Assembly: GCA_965222225.1 (NCBI GenBank)
Contig: CBDCTK010000002.1
Span: forward strand, 3,808,001 to 3,872,000
Source of the DNA: Candidatus Poribacteria bacterium
Lineage (GTDB): Bacteria > Poribacteria > WGA-4E > JAJDTR01
Reading direction: 5' to 3'
Length of the DNA stretch: 64,000 nt
Below the pieces are notes generated by a model, which ran no database searches, was not told where the DNA came from, and saw only the letters and a list, made by a program, of their open reading frames with translations. Position numbers and translations under genes: made by a program. This document shows positions 10,534-20,552 of this stretch, one piece after another; positions within the stretch are counted from its first letter, which is position 1, and each line of letters opens with the position of its first letter.

Positions 10534-11607
10534 ATGGATAGGAATTTCACCGCTCTACCAATCATTAGCTTGTTTCTGTTGCTTGGGCGCATCCCAAGTG
10601 CGGGCGACATCCGTGCCATCGCGGCAGAAGTAGATTATTCACGGGACTCCATTCAGACACTACTACCTTTTGATGCGATTCCGGCAATCAGGAATCCACG
10701 GTTTGTAACTGCGAATGAAGCGAAATTGGGCGATGATGCTCCGGTTATCGGAGTGAATTTCAACGGCGAGCAGCATGCCTACTCGATTTATCTGCTAAAC
10801 GGACACGAAATTGTCAACGATGCTGTCGGCGGAATTAAGATTGCGACCACGTGGTGACCGTTGTGTAATTCGGCTATCGTGTATAGCCGCGAACTTGACG
10901 GACAAACCTACACATTCGGTGTCTCCGGCAAACTCTGGCGTGATGCACTTGTCATGTACGACCATCAAACTCGATCGCTTTGGTCTCACATCACGGGCGA
11001 AGCCATACAGGGAAAACTAAAAGGAAAAAGCCTAAAGACATTGGCGGCGATGCCCAAAATCAGCTGGAAAACATGGCGCTTGAATTTCCCGGCGACAAAG
11101 GTACTTTCTGTGCCGGTCAATTATTCCGATAAATCTTTCTTGATTGAGGAACAAAGGCGCGACAGCTACGCGGAATATCACGTCGGTCCAGAGACAGGCG
11201 TGAGCGGTATGCAGTATTCCGACACCCGTCTAAACAATAAGGAACTGGTAGTAGCCGTGAAACATCATGACCAGCACCGGGCTTACCCATTTTCGGTGTT
11301 TGAACCTAAGCCAATCGTCAATGACGATATCAATAATATCCCGATACTGGTGTTTCACGATCAAAACTCCGGCGCTACCGCTGTGTACAAACGCACACTT
11401 GATGGATTGCCGTTAGTCTTCGAGTGGTCCAAAGATTATTTTGCCGTGGATAGCTCCGAAACGATCTGGAACCTCATCACCGGTCTTGCAACAGAGGGTA
11501 AGTACAAAGAGAAGCAGCTGGAACGGTTGCCTTCAATCAACCTTTACTGGTTCGCTTGGGCACGTTACCATCCCGAAACGACGGTTTACAATCAACGAAA
11601 TCGATAA
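10534..11607 (+). CDS. DUF3179-family selenoprotein (UGA at 10855-10857 read as Sec; TW-U-PLC)
   Basis: Two ORF-track pieces are in frame, separated only by TGA at the Cys position of the CPLC motif; DAIPAI, EIVND, FGVSGKL, MYDHQTRSLWS, YWFAW motifs. Confidence 0.85.
10868..10893 (+). promoter_or_regulatory. Putative bacterial SECIS hairpin
   Basis: CGGCTAT-cgtgt-ATAGCCG (10871-10889), extendable by TTC/GAA; loop begins 20 nt after the UGA with G at loop position 2. Confidence 0.65.
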
Positions 11608-11627
11608 CCTATTGAGTGATACAGGCC

Positions 11628-11658
11628 GTAGGTTGGGTTGAACGCAGTGAAACCCAAC
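11628..11658 (+). repeat. REP family A (GTAGGTTGGGTTGAAC-N3-GTGAAACCCAAC)
   Basis: GTAG-led imperfect palindrome; further copies at 14456-14486, 28018-28048(-), 40010-40204, 44644-44872, 51983-52128 and partial copies elsewhere. Confidence 0.85.
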
Positions 11659-11751
11659 TGTTTTCACTGCCAAATGCGCAATTGCGCTACTATTACAACC
11701 TATCACCCAAGGTAAAGCAATGAGTACGTAGGATTGTGAGGCAAGATTGAA

Positions 11752-12711
11752 TTGATGAATGCATTTGAAAAGGAAATTGCACGCTACAACGGAAACGGAC
11801 TTGGTGCCTTAGACATCAATACGATTCAGGTCAATATTGGTCTACGGTGTAACTTGGAGTGCGTCCATTGTCACGTCGTGTCCTCTCCACGTCGAAAGGA
11901 GGCGATGGATTGGTCTACGATGGAGCATGTGATAGCGGCTGCGGAGAACGTGCGTGCCAAGCTCGTCGACATAACCGGAGGCGCCCCGGAAATGCATCCT
12001 CACTTCCGGCGATTTATTGCTGCGTTGCGCGGAAAGAACCTACCCGTAATGGTGAGGACGAATCTGACAATCTTGCTTGAAAGCGGGTTTGAGACCTTGC
12101 CGGGGTTTTTCCGTGACCATCAGGTCGAACTTTGTGCATCGCTGCCCTGTTACTTGGAGGAAAACGTGGATTCACAACGCGGCACCGGAATTTTCAAAAA
12201 AAGCATCCAAGCGCTAAGAATACTCAACAGCTGCGGATACGGCAAAGTCGCTCACCTGCCCTTGAATCTCGTCTATAATCCGATAGACGGCACGCTCCCG
12301 CCAAATTCCCTCGAACTTGAGGCGGATTATAAGCATGAACTGCGGGAGAGATTCGGGATCGAATTTTCCCGTCTGCTGACCATTACGAACATGCCAATCG
12401 GTCAATTTCGCAGCGATTTGAAGCGGGAGAATAAACTCGAAGATTATAACCGACTGCTTCGAGACTCTTTTAATCCGGGGACATTGGACGGATTGATGTG
12501 CCGTCACCAGATTCATGTGGGCTGGGATGGACGGTTGTACGATTGCGATTTCAATTACGCGCTGAAACTGCCTGTAGGTGAGGGACTTCCTCAAACTATT
12601 AAAGAGTTCAATTCGCACTTGCTGATGAATCGAGCGATTCAAACGGAATTCCACTGTTTCGGATGCACGGCAGGCTGCGGATCGTCCTGCGGCGGCGCAT
12701 TGGTCGAATAA
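11752..12711 (+). CDS. arsS: ArsS-family radical SAM protein (arsenosugar biosynthesis type, DUF3641 C-terminus)
   Basis: QVNIGLRCNLECVHCHV, DITGGAPEMHP, ASLPCY, LYDCDFN, HCFGCTAGCGSSCGGAL. Confidence 0.85.
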   Translation: MMNAFEKEIARYNGNGLGALDINTIQVNIGLRCNLECVHCHVVSSPRRKEAMDWSTMEHVIAAAENVRAKLVDITGGAPEMHPHFRRFIAALRGKNLPVMVRTNLTILLESGFETLPGFFRDHQVELCASLPCYLEENVDSQRGTGIFKKSIQALRILNSCGYGKVAHLPLNLVYNPIDGTLPPNSLELEADYKHELRERFGIEFSRLLTITNMPIGQFRSDLKRENKLEDYNRLLRDSFNPGTLDGLMCRHQIHVGWDGRLYDCDFNYALKLPVGEGLPQTIKEFNSHLLMNRAIQTEFHCFGCTAGCGSSCGGALVE

Positions 12712-12723
12712 CCGGACAAAGAA

Positions 12724-14307
12724 TTATTCGTAGATATTCCTCATCTGCCACGCGTCGAGCGAATTCAGCGTCATGTCTTGACTTTGGGAACGTATCGAGA
12801 CGCCGGTGCTATCCTCCCGCCCGGGATATACGCGTACCGCGACACACTGTTTGCCGTTGACGAATACCTCGACGACGCTTCTGTCAACAAACACGCGCAG
12901 CTTGAGCGACTCCTCTGTTCCGATTAACACGGGCGCCGTCTCGGGAGGCCGAGGACGTGCGTCGGGAAGCGTAGACGAATAGGACGAATCGATTGTAATC
13001 ATGCTGTGGCGCAGATTTCCTCCTGTGTCCCGATTCCTGAAACCTCGGTTTCTGAAGAACACGATTCGAGTAAACTCCTCTTTGTCCGGTGACCGAAAGA
13101 CGTTGAGCTCAACCATACCGGTTGTTGGTGCGTCTGTCGGCTCGATTTCAGCGATGAGTTCCATTGAATTTCCACGGATTTCGTCAAACACAACTTCCTG
13201 ATTGACAGGGAGTTTCGTCCTGCCAACGTGCTGATGGTTGTATCGCAACGATTCGATGTCTCCCGCGGGTTCCATCCCCAGATCGTTCTCTCCTATCAAC
13301 GTCAAACGCCGCGGCAACGACATAATTTGATTCCAGCCTTTGGTGTCTCTGCCCGGATTCATGTTGAAGATGATAATCAGACCACCGTTGCCGTCTGGGG
13401 TAGCTGATGGCGCGTGCGATGCGGAAGGGGTTGATGCTCCGAAAGTGAATTTACCGTGGGCAGTGACGACGAATTTGTCCCGATCCTTATCGTAATCGCC
13501 CAATAGGTACTGTCCGCCGCTCATGTGGCTGAAGAACGGTAAGATATGGCGATCGCCGATTTGCCAGAAATACGGACAGGCGCCGTCATCTCCCACCAGT
13601 GTGAAGCGGTCGTCTTCGACGAACGGATGCAGATATTCCCACGTTGCCAAGTCCTTGGAGCGGAACAGGAAATTGGCGCGCACAGACGCGCCGCCGGGAC
13701 CGTTCGGCAGCGTCCCGCCCGAAAGGGAGTAGTACATTCCATCTTTTTTCCAGATGCACGGATCGAATACTCGATACGGGAGCGGCGACCCGTCGGGGCT
13801 TTTGTTCGGAATAACAGCTTTGCCGGTAACCTTCTCCCAATTCAACAAAAGGGGATCGCTGGACACGGCAACCATGTTGCCCACCTCTGTTCCGTGATAC
13901 ATCGCGATAACCCGATCTTCCTCAACGAACGCAGAGCCGGAGTAACAGCATCTTTCAGGGTTGGGGTAGATTGCATAGGGCAGATCTCGCCAGTGGATTA
14001 AGTCATCGCTGATGGCATGCCCCCAATGTTGGCGCGAATCCTCCGGAGGATAGGCTTGATAGAAAAGGTGCCAGCGTCCCTTCCAGAAACAGATGCCGTT
14101 TGGATCGTTGAGAGTGTGCTCCGGGTTGACGTAGTGATAGATTGGTCGGTGCTTGTCCCCGGAGAATGCTTTGCGTGCCTCGATTAGCCTCAGCATCAGC
14201 GGATTGGTTTTGAGTTGCGCTTCCTGCTCTTCAATTGTGGTGGCAAACGTATATTTCGGAACTTTTGAGATGTAGTCGGGTTGTGTTGCCGTTTCAGCTT
14301 GTTTCAT
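12724..14307 (-). CDS. Glycoside hydrolase family 32-like protein with atypical catalytic motifs
   Basis: LNDPNG, HLFYQ, WGHAISDDLIHW, YSGS, VDRSVVEVF; FDP and GACP replace RDP and WECP. Confidence 0.85.
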   Translation of the reverse strand: MKQAETATQPDYISKVPKYTFATTIEEQEAQLKTNPLMLRLIEARKAFSGDKHRPIYHYVNPEHTLNDPNGICFWKGRWHLFYQAYPPEDSRQHWGHAISDDLIHWRDLPYAIYPNPERCCYSGSAFVEEDRVIAMYHGTEVGNMVAVSSDPLLLNWEKVTGKAVIPNKSPDGSPLPYRVFDPCIWKKDGMYYSLSGGTLPNGPGGASVRANFLFRSKDLATWEYLHPFVEDDRFTLVGDDGACPYFWQIGDRHILPFFSHMSGGQYLLGDYDKDRDKFVVTAHGKFTFGASTPSASHAPSATPDGNGGLIIIFNMNPGRDTKGWNQIMSLPRRLTLIGENDLGMEPAGDIESLRYNHQHVGRTKLPVNQEVVFDEIRGNSMELIAEIEPTDAPTTGMVELNVFRSPDKEEFTRIVFFRNRGFRNRDTGGNLRHSMITIDSSYSSTLPDARPRPPETAPVLIGTEESLKLRVFVDRSVVEVFVNGKQCVAVRVYPGREDSTGVSIRSQSQDMTLNSLDAWQMRNIYE

Positions 14308-14595
14308 AAGGCAGTCTTCCTCTCGTTAGATATTCGCTATCGTTGGTTCGCGTGCTACCGTGGGCGGCTCGCGGTCTAGATATTATCTTCCAGAATCTAG
14401 CAAATGACAATCACAAAATGATGCTCCTCATCTCAAGAGCATGGGTACCAATCCCGTAGATTGGGTTGAATACAGTGAAACCCAACAATTTAACTTGCCA
14501 TTTTTGCTTGGTAAAGAAACCTCAGAATCAGGTAGAATATGCGATAATTTCAACTTGTCGAATGAATGAGGTCAACTTTCACGCGGAGAGAACCG

Positions 14596-15648
14596 ATGAT
14601 TGAAGTTGAAAATCTCACGAAGAATTACGGGCCGTTTCGTGCATTAGAGGACGTTTCGTTTCGTATAGACAAGGGAGAAGTGGTGGGTTTTCTCGGTCCC
14701 AACGGCGCAGGCAAGACCACCACCATGCGTATCTTGACGTGTTTTATGCCCGCGAGTAGCGGGAGAGCGGCTGTTGCCGGATACGACATTTTCAAGGAAT
14801 CTCTGGACGTTCGCAAGCGTATCGGCTATCTGCCCGAGAACATACCGCTCTATCCGGAGATGACCGTTTCCAAGTATCTCAAATACATCTCGAAGATTAA
14901 GGGGTTGCCGCGCAGCCGTCGTGCAGATCGATTGGATACGGCGATTGAGGCTTGCGGTTTGACGGAACGTCGGCATCAGATTATCGGTCAGTTGTCCAAG
15001 GGATACCGACAGCGTGTTGGCTTGGCACAAGCCTTGATTCATGATCCGGATGTGATGATATTCGACGAGCCGACATCCGGTTTGGATCCTCGCCAAATCA
15101 TCGAAATCAGGGAACTCATCAAGGAACTTGGCAAGGAACATACAATCATCCTCAGTACGCATATTCTGCCGGAAGCGAGCATGACCTGTGAACGTTTGAT
15201 TGTGATTAACGAGGGGCGAATCGCGGGCGATGTCAAATTGGCGGAGGGGAGGCCCATCTCAGTTGATACAGGCGCGGATGTTGAATCGAATCTCATTGAG
15301 GGGAAAACGCTCTACCTTGAGGTTAGCGCACCGGTTGAAGAGGCCACGACCGCCCTCGAATCTGTGCCGAGTGTGAATCGAGTAGAAAACCGAGGAACGA
15401 GTGAAAGCAATAATCCCGTCTTTCACGTGAGTTACACTGCGGAGACGGATGTTCGTGCGGAAGTCGCCGCTACGATTATTCGAAACGGGTGGAGTTTACT
15501 GGAGATGCGCTCAATCGAAATGACACTTGAAGAGGTTTTTCTACGCTTGACGACGAGCACCGACAATGAATCGGAACAATTGAGCGAGGATGTGAATCAT
15601 CCTGAAAATGACCAGAATCAAACGGCACAAGTAGACATCGAAGATTAG
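14596..15648 (+). CDS. ABC transporter ATP-binding protein (GldA/ABC-2 type)
   Basis: GPNGAGKTT, LSKGYRQRVGLAQAL, DEPTSGLD, LSTH. Confidence 0.92.
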   Translation: MIEVENLTKNYGPFRALEDVSFRIDKGEVVGFLGPNGAGKTTTMRILTCFMPASSGRAAVAGYDIFKESLDVRKRIGYLPENIPLYPEMTVSKYLKYISKIKGLPRSRRADRLDTAIEACGLTERRHQIIGQLSKGYRQRVGLAQALIHDPDVMIFDEPTSGLDPRQIIEIRELIKELGKEHTIILSTHILPEASMTCERLIVINEGRIAGDVKLAEGRPISVDTGADVESNLIEGKTLYLEVSAPVEEATTALESVPSVNRVENRGTSESNNPVFHVSYTAETDVRAEVAATIIRNGWSLLEMRSIEMTLEEVFLRLTTSTDNESEQLSEDVNHPENDQNQTAQVDIED

Positions 15649-15696
15649 ATGGTGTAAAATACGGCTTGCTAGTGAATCGGAGAGCTAGGAGATTAA

Positions 15697-15999
15697 ATGC
15701 CAACGTGGGAAGAGAAAATTTGGAAATTGCCGGCAATCATCATTTTCATGGCTGGGTTGATGTTGCCCTTGATGGTCGCAGTGTTGGCGATTGACGATCA
15801 GTCTACGGGACTAGGTAAACATCTACACATGCTATTTGGAATTGCGATTGCGCTTGTTGGTTTAACCACCGTGGGGATTGTCGTTCCACACATAATCATT
15901 GTTTTCCGCGAACGAAAATCTGCCGACTGGCAAAGGGAGATCGGGGACCTGAAACAGGAAATTGAAACGCTTAATCAGAATCAGGTTGCGAAGTCTTAA
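15697..15999 (+). CDS. Small two-TM membrane protein
   Basis: AGGAG RBS; two hydrophobic segments and a coiled-coil tail; ends 2 nt before the next gene. Confidence 0.6.
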   Translation: MPTWEEKIWKLPAIIIFMAGLMLPLMVAVLAIDDQSTGLGKHLHMLFGIAIALVGLTTVGIVVPHIIIVFRERKSADWQREIGDLKQEIETLNQNQVAKS

Positions 16000-16001
16000 C
16001 G

Positions 16002-18845
16002 ATGAAAACGTGGGCGAAGTTGTCGTTTATCGGGTTTCTCGCTCTGCTGATTAACAGCGCTTACCTCATCAGTTCCGGGGAGCCGACCCTATTTTACATC
16101 TTCAACGTCCTACTCCATGTCGTGATCGGGTTGGTGTTGGTGATTCCGTTTGTCGTGTATGTCGGCAGATATATCACGGGTATGCCAATCCTTGGCAAGG
16201 CGAGTGCGTCATGTTTGGCGATCGGCGTCATCTCCGGCGGATACCTGATGGTTGTTGGCGCGACACGGCCCTATCGGTGGCTACTTATCTTGCACATCGC
16301 CACAACAACGCTTGGCGTGCTCCTGTTCATCGTCCACCTAATTGCGTTATCAAGGCGACCGAACGCGACAATTTCCCTACAAAAAGCCGCAAAAACCGCG
16401 GGCGCAATTCTCGTTATCTGCATTCTTTTTTCCGTCGTCGCAAGGATTGCGGGACATTATCGCCCAAACCCCGACTATCTCGTAAAGAATCCATCTTCAC
16501 CCCCAACCAGCATGTATGAAGAGGGCGGAGGCAGCGGTGGGCATTTTTTCCCCGGCTCCGTCGAGACCTACGCCGGAGGCCTCATTCCCACCGATTTCTT
16601 CCTAACTTCGCATACCTGCGCCGAGAGTAACTGCCATACCGACATCTACAACCAGTGGAATGAATCGGCGCATCACTTTGCTTCCTTCAACAATCAATGG
16701 TATCGCAAGTCGATAATGTACATGCAAGACGTGAACGGCATTCAACCGTCGAAGTGGTGCGGTGGGTGCCATGACCTCGCTGTCCTGCTCAACGGCGTGA
16801 TGGATAAACCGATTCGGGAAAATCTGCATACGCCCGCAGCGCAAGCCGGATTGACATGTGTGGCATGCCACTCCATCGAAAAGGTTAAAGACACGATGGG
16901 CAATAACGGATACGTGATGAAATATCCGCCGTTGCACAAGATAGCAGCCAGCGAAAACCCGTTGGTCCGCAAGTTCCATAACTATCTTATCCGTCTCGAC
17001 CCGGAACCCCACAGGAAGAGTTTCCTGAAGCCCTTCCATCGCGAGAATACCGCCGAATTCTGCTCTACCTGCCATAAGGTGCATCTGGATGAACCGGTTA
17101 ACAATTTCCGTTGGTTCCGCGGTTTTGACGACTACGACCAGTGGCAATCCAGCGGCGTCTCCCATCAGGGGGCGTTGTCCTTCTATTACCCTGAAAGCCC
17201 CAAGAAATGTACTGATTGCCACATGCCGCTTGTCGCGTCGACAGATGCGGGAAACGTTGATGGCAAAGTCCACAACCATCGCTTTCCAGGTGCGAACACC
17301 GCGCTGCCCTTTGTAAACAAGCATGATGAGCAACTGAAAACCGTTACGGAGTTCTTGCAGAATAAGCAGGTGACTGTGGATATCTTTGCGTTAAGTGGCG
17401 CAACGCCGATTCAGCTCGCAAAAGAGAATCGTGCAGTAAATCGTCCATCCGTGCTAAGTATGACAGGAGAGGAAGATACGCACGGACATGCCGCCGGGAC
17501 GCTAACGGACATATCGACAATCGTCGCACCGATTGATGAATCTAATGCAACAGTGAAGCGTGGCGAGGAGGTTCGAGTAGACGTGGTGGTTCGCACGAGG
17601 GGGGTGGGCCATCGCTTCCCAGCCGGAACAATTGATGCTTTCGATATCTGGTTGGAGCTGAAGGCGACCGATGAAAATGGGAGAGTTATTTTCTGGAGCG
17701 GACAGGTGGAGGCCAAAGACGGGGACGGTCCGGTTGACCCAAGCGCGCACTTCTATCGAGCGTACATGTTGGATGAACATGGAAATCTAATCAACAAACG
17801 CAACGCGTGGGCAACGCGGACGGTTCTTTACGCGCGAACGATTCCTCCGGGGGCGGCGGATACGGTGCACTATCGCCTAGCGGTGCCGCCCGACTGCGGT
17901 GATAAGATTTATCTCCACGCGAAATTAAACTATCGCAAATTCAATTGGTGGCATACGCAGTGGGCGTATGCGGGCGTTCGAGATCCCGAGGACACCGATT
18001 TTCAGGTCGATAAGGGATACGATGACGGGCGATGGGTGTTCACCGGCGATACATCGGATGTTGGCGGCAAAATCAAGGCGATTCCCAATTTGCCGATTGT
18101 TGTCATGGCGGAAGACAAAACGACGCTAACGGTTATCGGCGCCGATGCAATCAAGCCCAAGGACGAGGTTGCCGCCGGAGAGGGGCTGAGTGAGCGTTGG
18201 AACGATTACGGAATCGGCTTATTCCTTCAAGGCGATCTCAAGGGGGCGGAAGCCGTGTTTACCAAAGTTACGGAACTTGAACCGAATTACATGGACGGGT
18301 GGGTCAACATCGCGCGATGCCGAATTCGGGAAGGGGATATGAGGGGTGCCGACGAAGTACTTCTCAAAGCCTCTGAGATTCAGAAGACGCTGCCTGCGCA
18401 CAGCCCGCATCGCGCAAAGGTGCATTACTTTTATGCGCTCACCAAAAAAGCCGCCGGTGACTATGATGAAGCGATTCGGCATTTGCGAATCGCCGCGGCG
18501 CAATTCCCGCGAGACCGAACCGTGCGTAATGAAATTGGACGCCTGCTCTTCCTACAGCGCAAGTACGAGGAAGCGATTGAGGAATTTCAGAAGACGGTAG
18601 CAGTTGACCCGGAAGATTTGAATGCGCACTACAACATGATGCTCTGCTATCGTGCCCTGAAGAATTCGTCAATGGCGGCGAAGGAACAAAAATTGTACAT
18701 GCGGTTTAAGGCGGATGAATCCGTTGATTCGATTACCGGTATAACGCGCCGCGCAGACCCCCATGCGAATCTTGAGCGCCAGCGAATCCATGAACACACG
18801 TCGGCATTGAAAGCGCCATTGAACACTCACAATTCAAGTTACTGA
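16002..18845 (+). CDS. Membrane-anchored multiheme cytochrome c (c554-like) with C-terminal TPR repeats
   Basis: About 5 N-terminal TMs; CAESNCH, CGGCH, CVACH, CSTCH, CTDCH; GHRFPAG; TPR helices. Confidence 0.85.
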   Translation: MKTWAKLSFIGFLALLINSAYLISSGEPTLFYIFNVLLHVVIGLVLVIPFVVYVGRYITGMPILGKASASCLAIGVISGGYLMVVGATRPYRWLLILHIATTTLGVLLFIVHLIALSRRPNATISLQKAAKTAGAILVICILFSVVARIAGHYRPNPDYLVKNPSSPPTSMYEEGGGSGGHFFPGSVETYAGGLIPTDFFLTSHTCAESNCHTDIYNQWNESAHHFASFNNQWYRKSIMYMQDVNGIQPSKWCGGCHDLAVLLNGVMDKPIRENLHTPAAQAGLTCVACHSIEKVKDTMGNNGYVMKYPPLHKIAASENPLVRKFHNYLIRLDPEPHRKSFLKPFHRENTAEFCSTCHKVHLDEPVNNFRWFRGFDDYDQWQSSGVSHQGALSFYYPESPKKCTDCHMPLVASTDAGNVDGKVHNHRFPGANTALPFVNKHDEQLKTVTEFLQNKQVTVDIFALSGATPIQLAKENRAVNRPSVLSMTGEEDTHGHAAGTLTDISTIVAPIDESNATVKRGEEVRVDVVVRTRGVGHRFPAGTIDAFDIWLELKATDENGRVIFWSGQVEAKDGDGPVDPSAHFYRAYMLDEHGNLINKRNAWATRTVLYARTIPPGAADTVHYRLAVPPDCGDKIYLHAKLNYRKFNWWHTQWAYAGVRDPEDTDFQVDKGYDDGRWVFTGDTSDVGGKIKAIPNLPIVVMAEDKTTLTVIGADAIKPKDEVAAGEGLSERWNDYGIGLFLQGDLKGAEAVFTKVTELEPNYMDGWVNIARCRIREGDMRGADEVLLKASEIQKTLPAHSPHRAKVHYFYALTKKAAGDYDEAIRHLRIAAAQFPRDRTVRNEIGRLLFLQRKYEEAIEEFQKTVAVDPEDLNAHYNMMLCYRALKNSSMAAKEQKLYMRFKADESVDSITGITRRADPHANLERQRIHEHTSALKAPLNTHNSSY

Positions 18846-18889
18846 TCCCTTCATGAACTTATTTCTGCTTTCACGATTCTATCCCCACC

Positions 18890-20437
18890 ATGTTTACTAA
18901 AATGCAGTTCAGGTTAGCGTGCGTGATTATCTTGGCCGCGCTTGGAATCTCATACGCGGCTCACGCCGATAGGGGTGATGATATACTCTCCTTAATCCAG
19001 CCTGAAGCTCTCGAAGCCCACATCGTCGCGCTACAGGAGAATATAAAACAGGGACGGTCGCAAATCGCGTTCCGTACACGGAGTGCCTATAATCGTGAAG
19101 CTTCGGACAACGCCACCGAATATATCGCTTCCCAATTTCAGAGGTCGCTCAAGCTAGATGTTAGCTTTGAAGATGTCGGTGGCTTGAAGAACGTTGTCGC
19201 CACATTACCCCCTCGCCTCGAACCAACAAGCAATCGGATTTTTGTCCTCTGCGCTCATTACGACTCAAAGGCGGATCGTGACCGCGAGTGGAATCCCTTG
19301 ATTTCAGACGCACCGGGTGCGGACGACAACGCAACGGGAGTTGCGGCGATGCTTGAGATTGCGCATGTTTTAAGCCAGTTCGACTATGAACACGAGTTGC
19401 GATTTATCGCTTTTGCCGGAAAAGAGGTCGGATTGTTAGGTAGTAAATACCATGCCCGACATGCATCGGAGGCGAACCAAAATATTATGGCAGCGCTTAA
19501 CCTTGATATGATCGGTTTCAATTGGAAAAGTGATCAGGCTGTGGTCGTCCAGGACGCTCCGTCCCGATGGCTTAGCGATGTGTTTCGGCTTGCTAACAGA
19601 TGGTATGCTCTTGGATTGGAGATTCGAGATGCACGGGCTGAACTGGCTGAAAATGGAGATCACACATCGTTCTGGGCAAACGACTACCGCGCGATAACGC
19701 TCACTGAGAGCGAAATTCCACGGATCGATTCAGAAGGATATCGCGCCAATCCGTTTTATCACACGCCAGACGATACCGTTGACAACGTGAACGTCGAACT
19801 GGTCCAAAAAGTCGCTCAACTTACACTCGTAACACTAAATTGCCTGGCAAGCATGCCATCCGAACCCCATGCGGCAATGCCACGAGTGATGGTCGACCCG
19901 CAACCCTTGGTCAGGCAGAATCCAATGCAAATCACCGGTCAATTTGAAGCCCCTTTTCCAATCTACATCATCGTGCATCCGGGCAACATAGCGGCTCAAG
20001 TTGATCGGGAGAGCAGTACCTTCACGGCAACAGTTCCCTTGAAAGCCGGAGCAAACCAAATTCGTGTCGCGGCAATACATGCGCTGGGCGCTCGTTCGGT
20101 TGAACAGACTATCGTATTCGAGCCCGATTTTGAATGGGAAAGTGCACTCGTCTTTCCGAATCCGTCGCGGAAGACGGATGAATTGGTAGTATTCCGGGCG
20201 GAGGCAAATTTGCCAATTGAAGAAATGAAGGTGTTCGTTTATTCGTCGGACGGCACGCTGGTAAAGCGAATTACCGGAGTTCCCGATCGAGCGGATTCGC
20301 GACTTTGGCGTGCGTGGTGGAACCGAAAGATTGTCTACGGTCTTCAGGCAGCAACAGGAATTTATGTCTGTCGATTCGAAATCCTCGCGAAAGGCAATAC
20401 ATATTGGCGGCATCGAAAGCTGGCGATTCTCCAGTAG
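18890..20437 (+). CDS. Secreted M28 metallopeptidase-like protein with FlgD/T9SS-like C-terminal domain
   Basis: AHYDS, GADDNATG, GKE (usually GEE), LDMIG, YHT; C-terminal FPNP...GIYVC. Confidence 0.8.
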   Translation: MFTKMQFRLACVIILAALGISYAAHADRGDDILSLIQPEALEAHIVALQENIKQGRSQIAFRTRSAYNREASDNATEYIASQFQRSLKLDVSFEDVGGLKNVVATLPPRLEPTSNRIFVLCAHYDSKADRDREWNPLISDAPGADDNATGVAAMLEIAHVLSQFDYEHELRFIAFAGKEVGLLGSKYHARHASEANQNIMAALNLDMIGFNWKSDQAVVVQDAPSRWLSDVFRLANRWYALGLEIRDARAELAENGDHTSFWANDYRAITLTESEIPRIDSEGYRANPFYHTPDDTVDNVNVELVQKVAQLTLVTLNCLASMPSEPHAAMPRVMVDPQPLVRQNPMQITGQFEAPFPIYIIVHPGNIAAQVDRESSTFTATVPLKAGANQIRVAAIHALGARSVEQTIVFEPDFEWESALVFPNPSRKTDELVVFRAEANLPIEEMKVFVYSSDGTLVKRITGVPDRADSRLWRAWWNRKIVYGLQAATGIYVCRFEILAKGNTYWRHRKLAILQ

Positions 20438-20552
20438 AAGATTACATTCCCGCTTCTACGCTGCAATCCTTGTTCAGTCGCTTGATGTATCCGTTCTCCC
20501 GATCTTGACCAAAGAACCAATCGACATAAGCCTATGAGGCTCAAGACAGACT

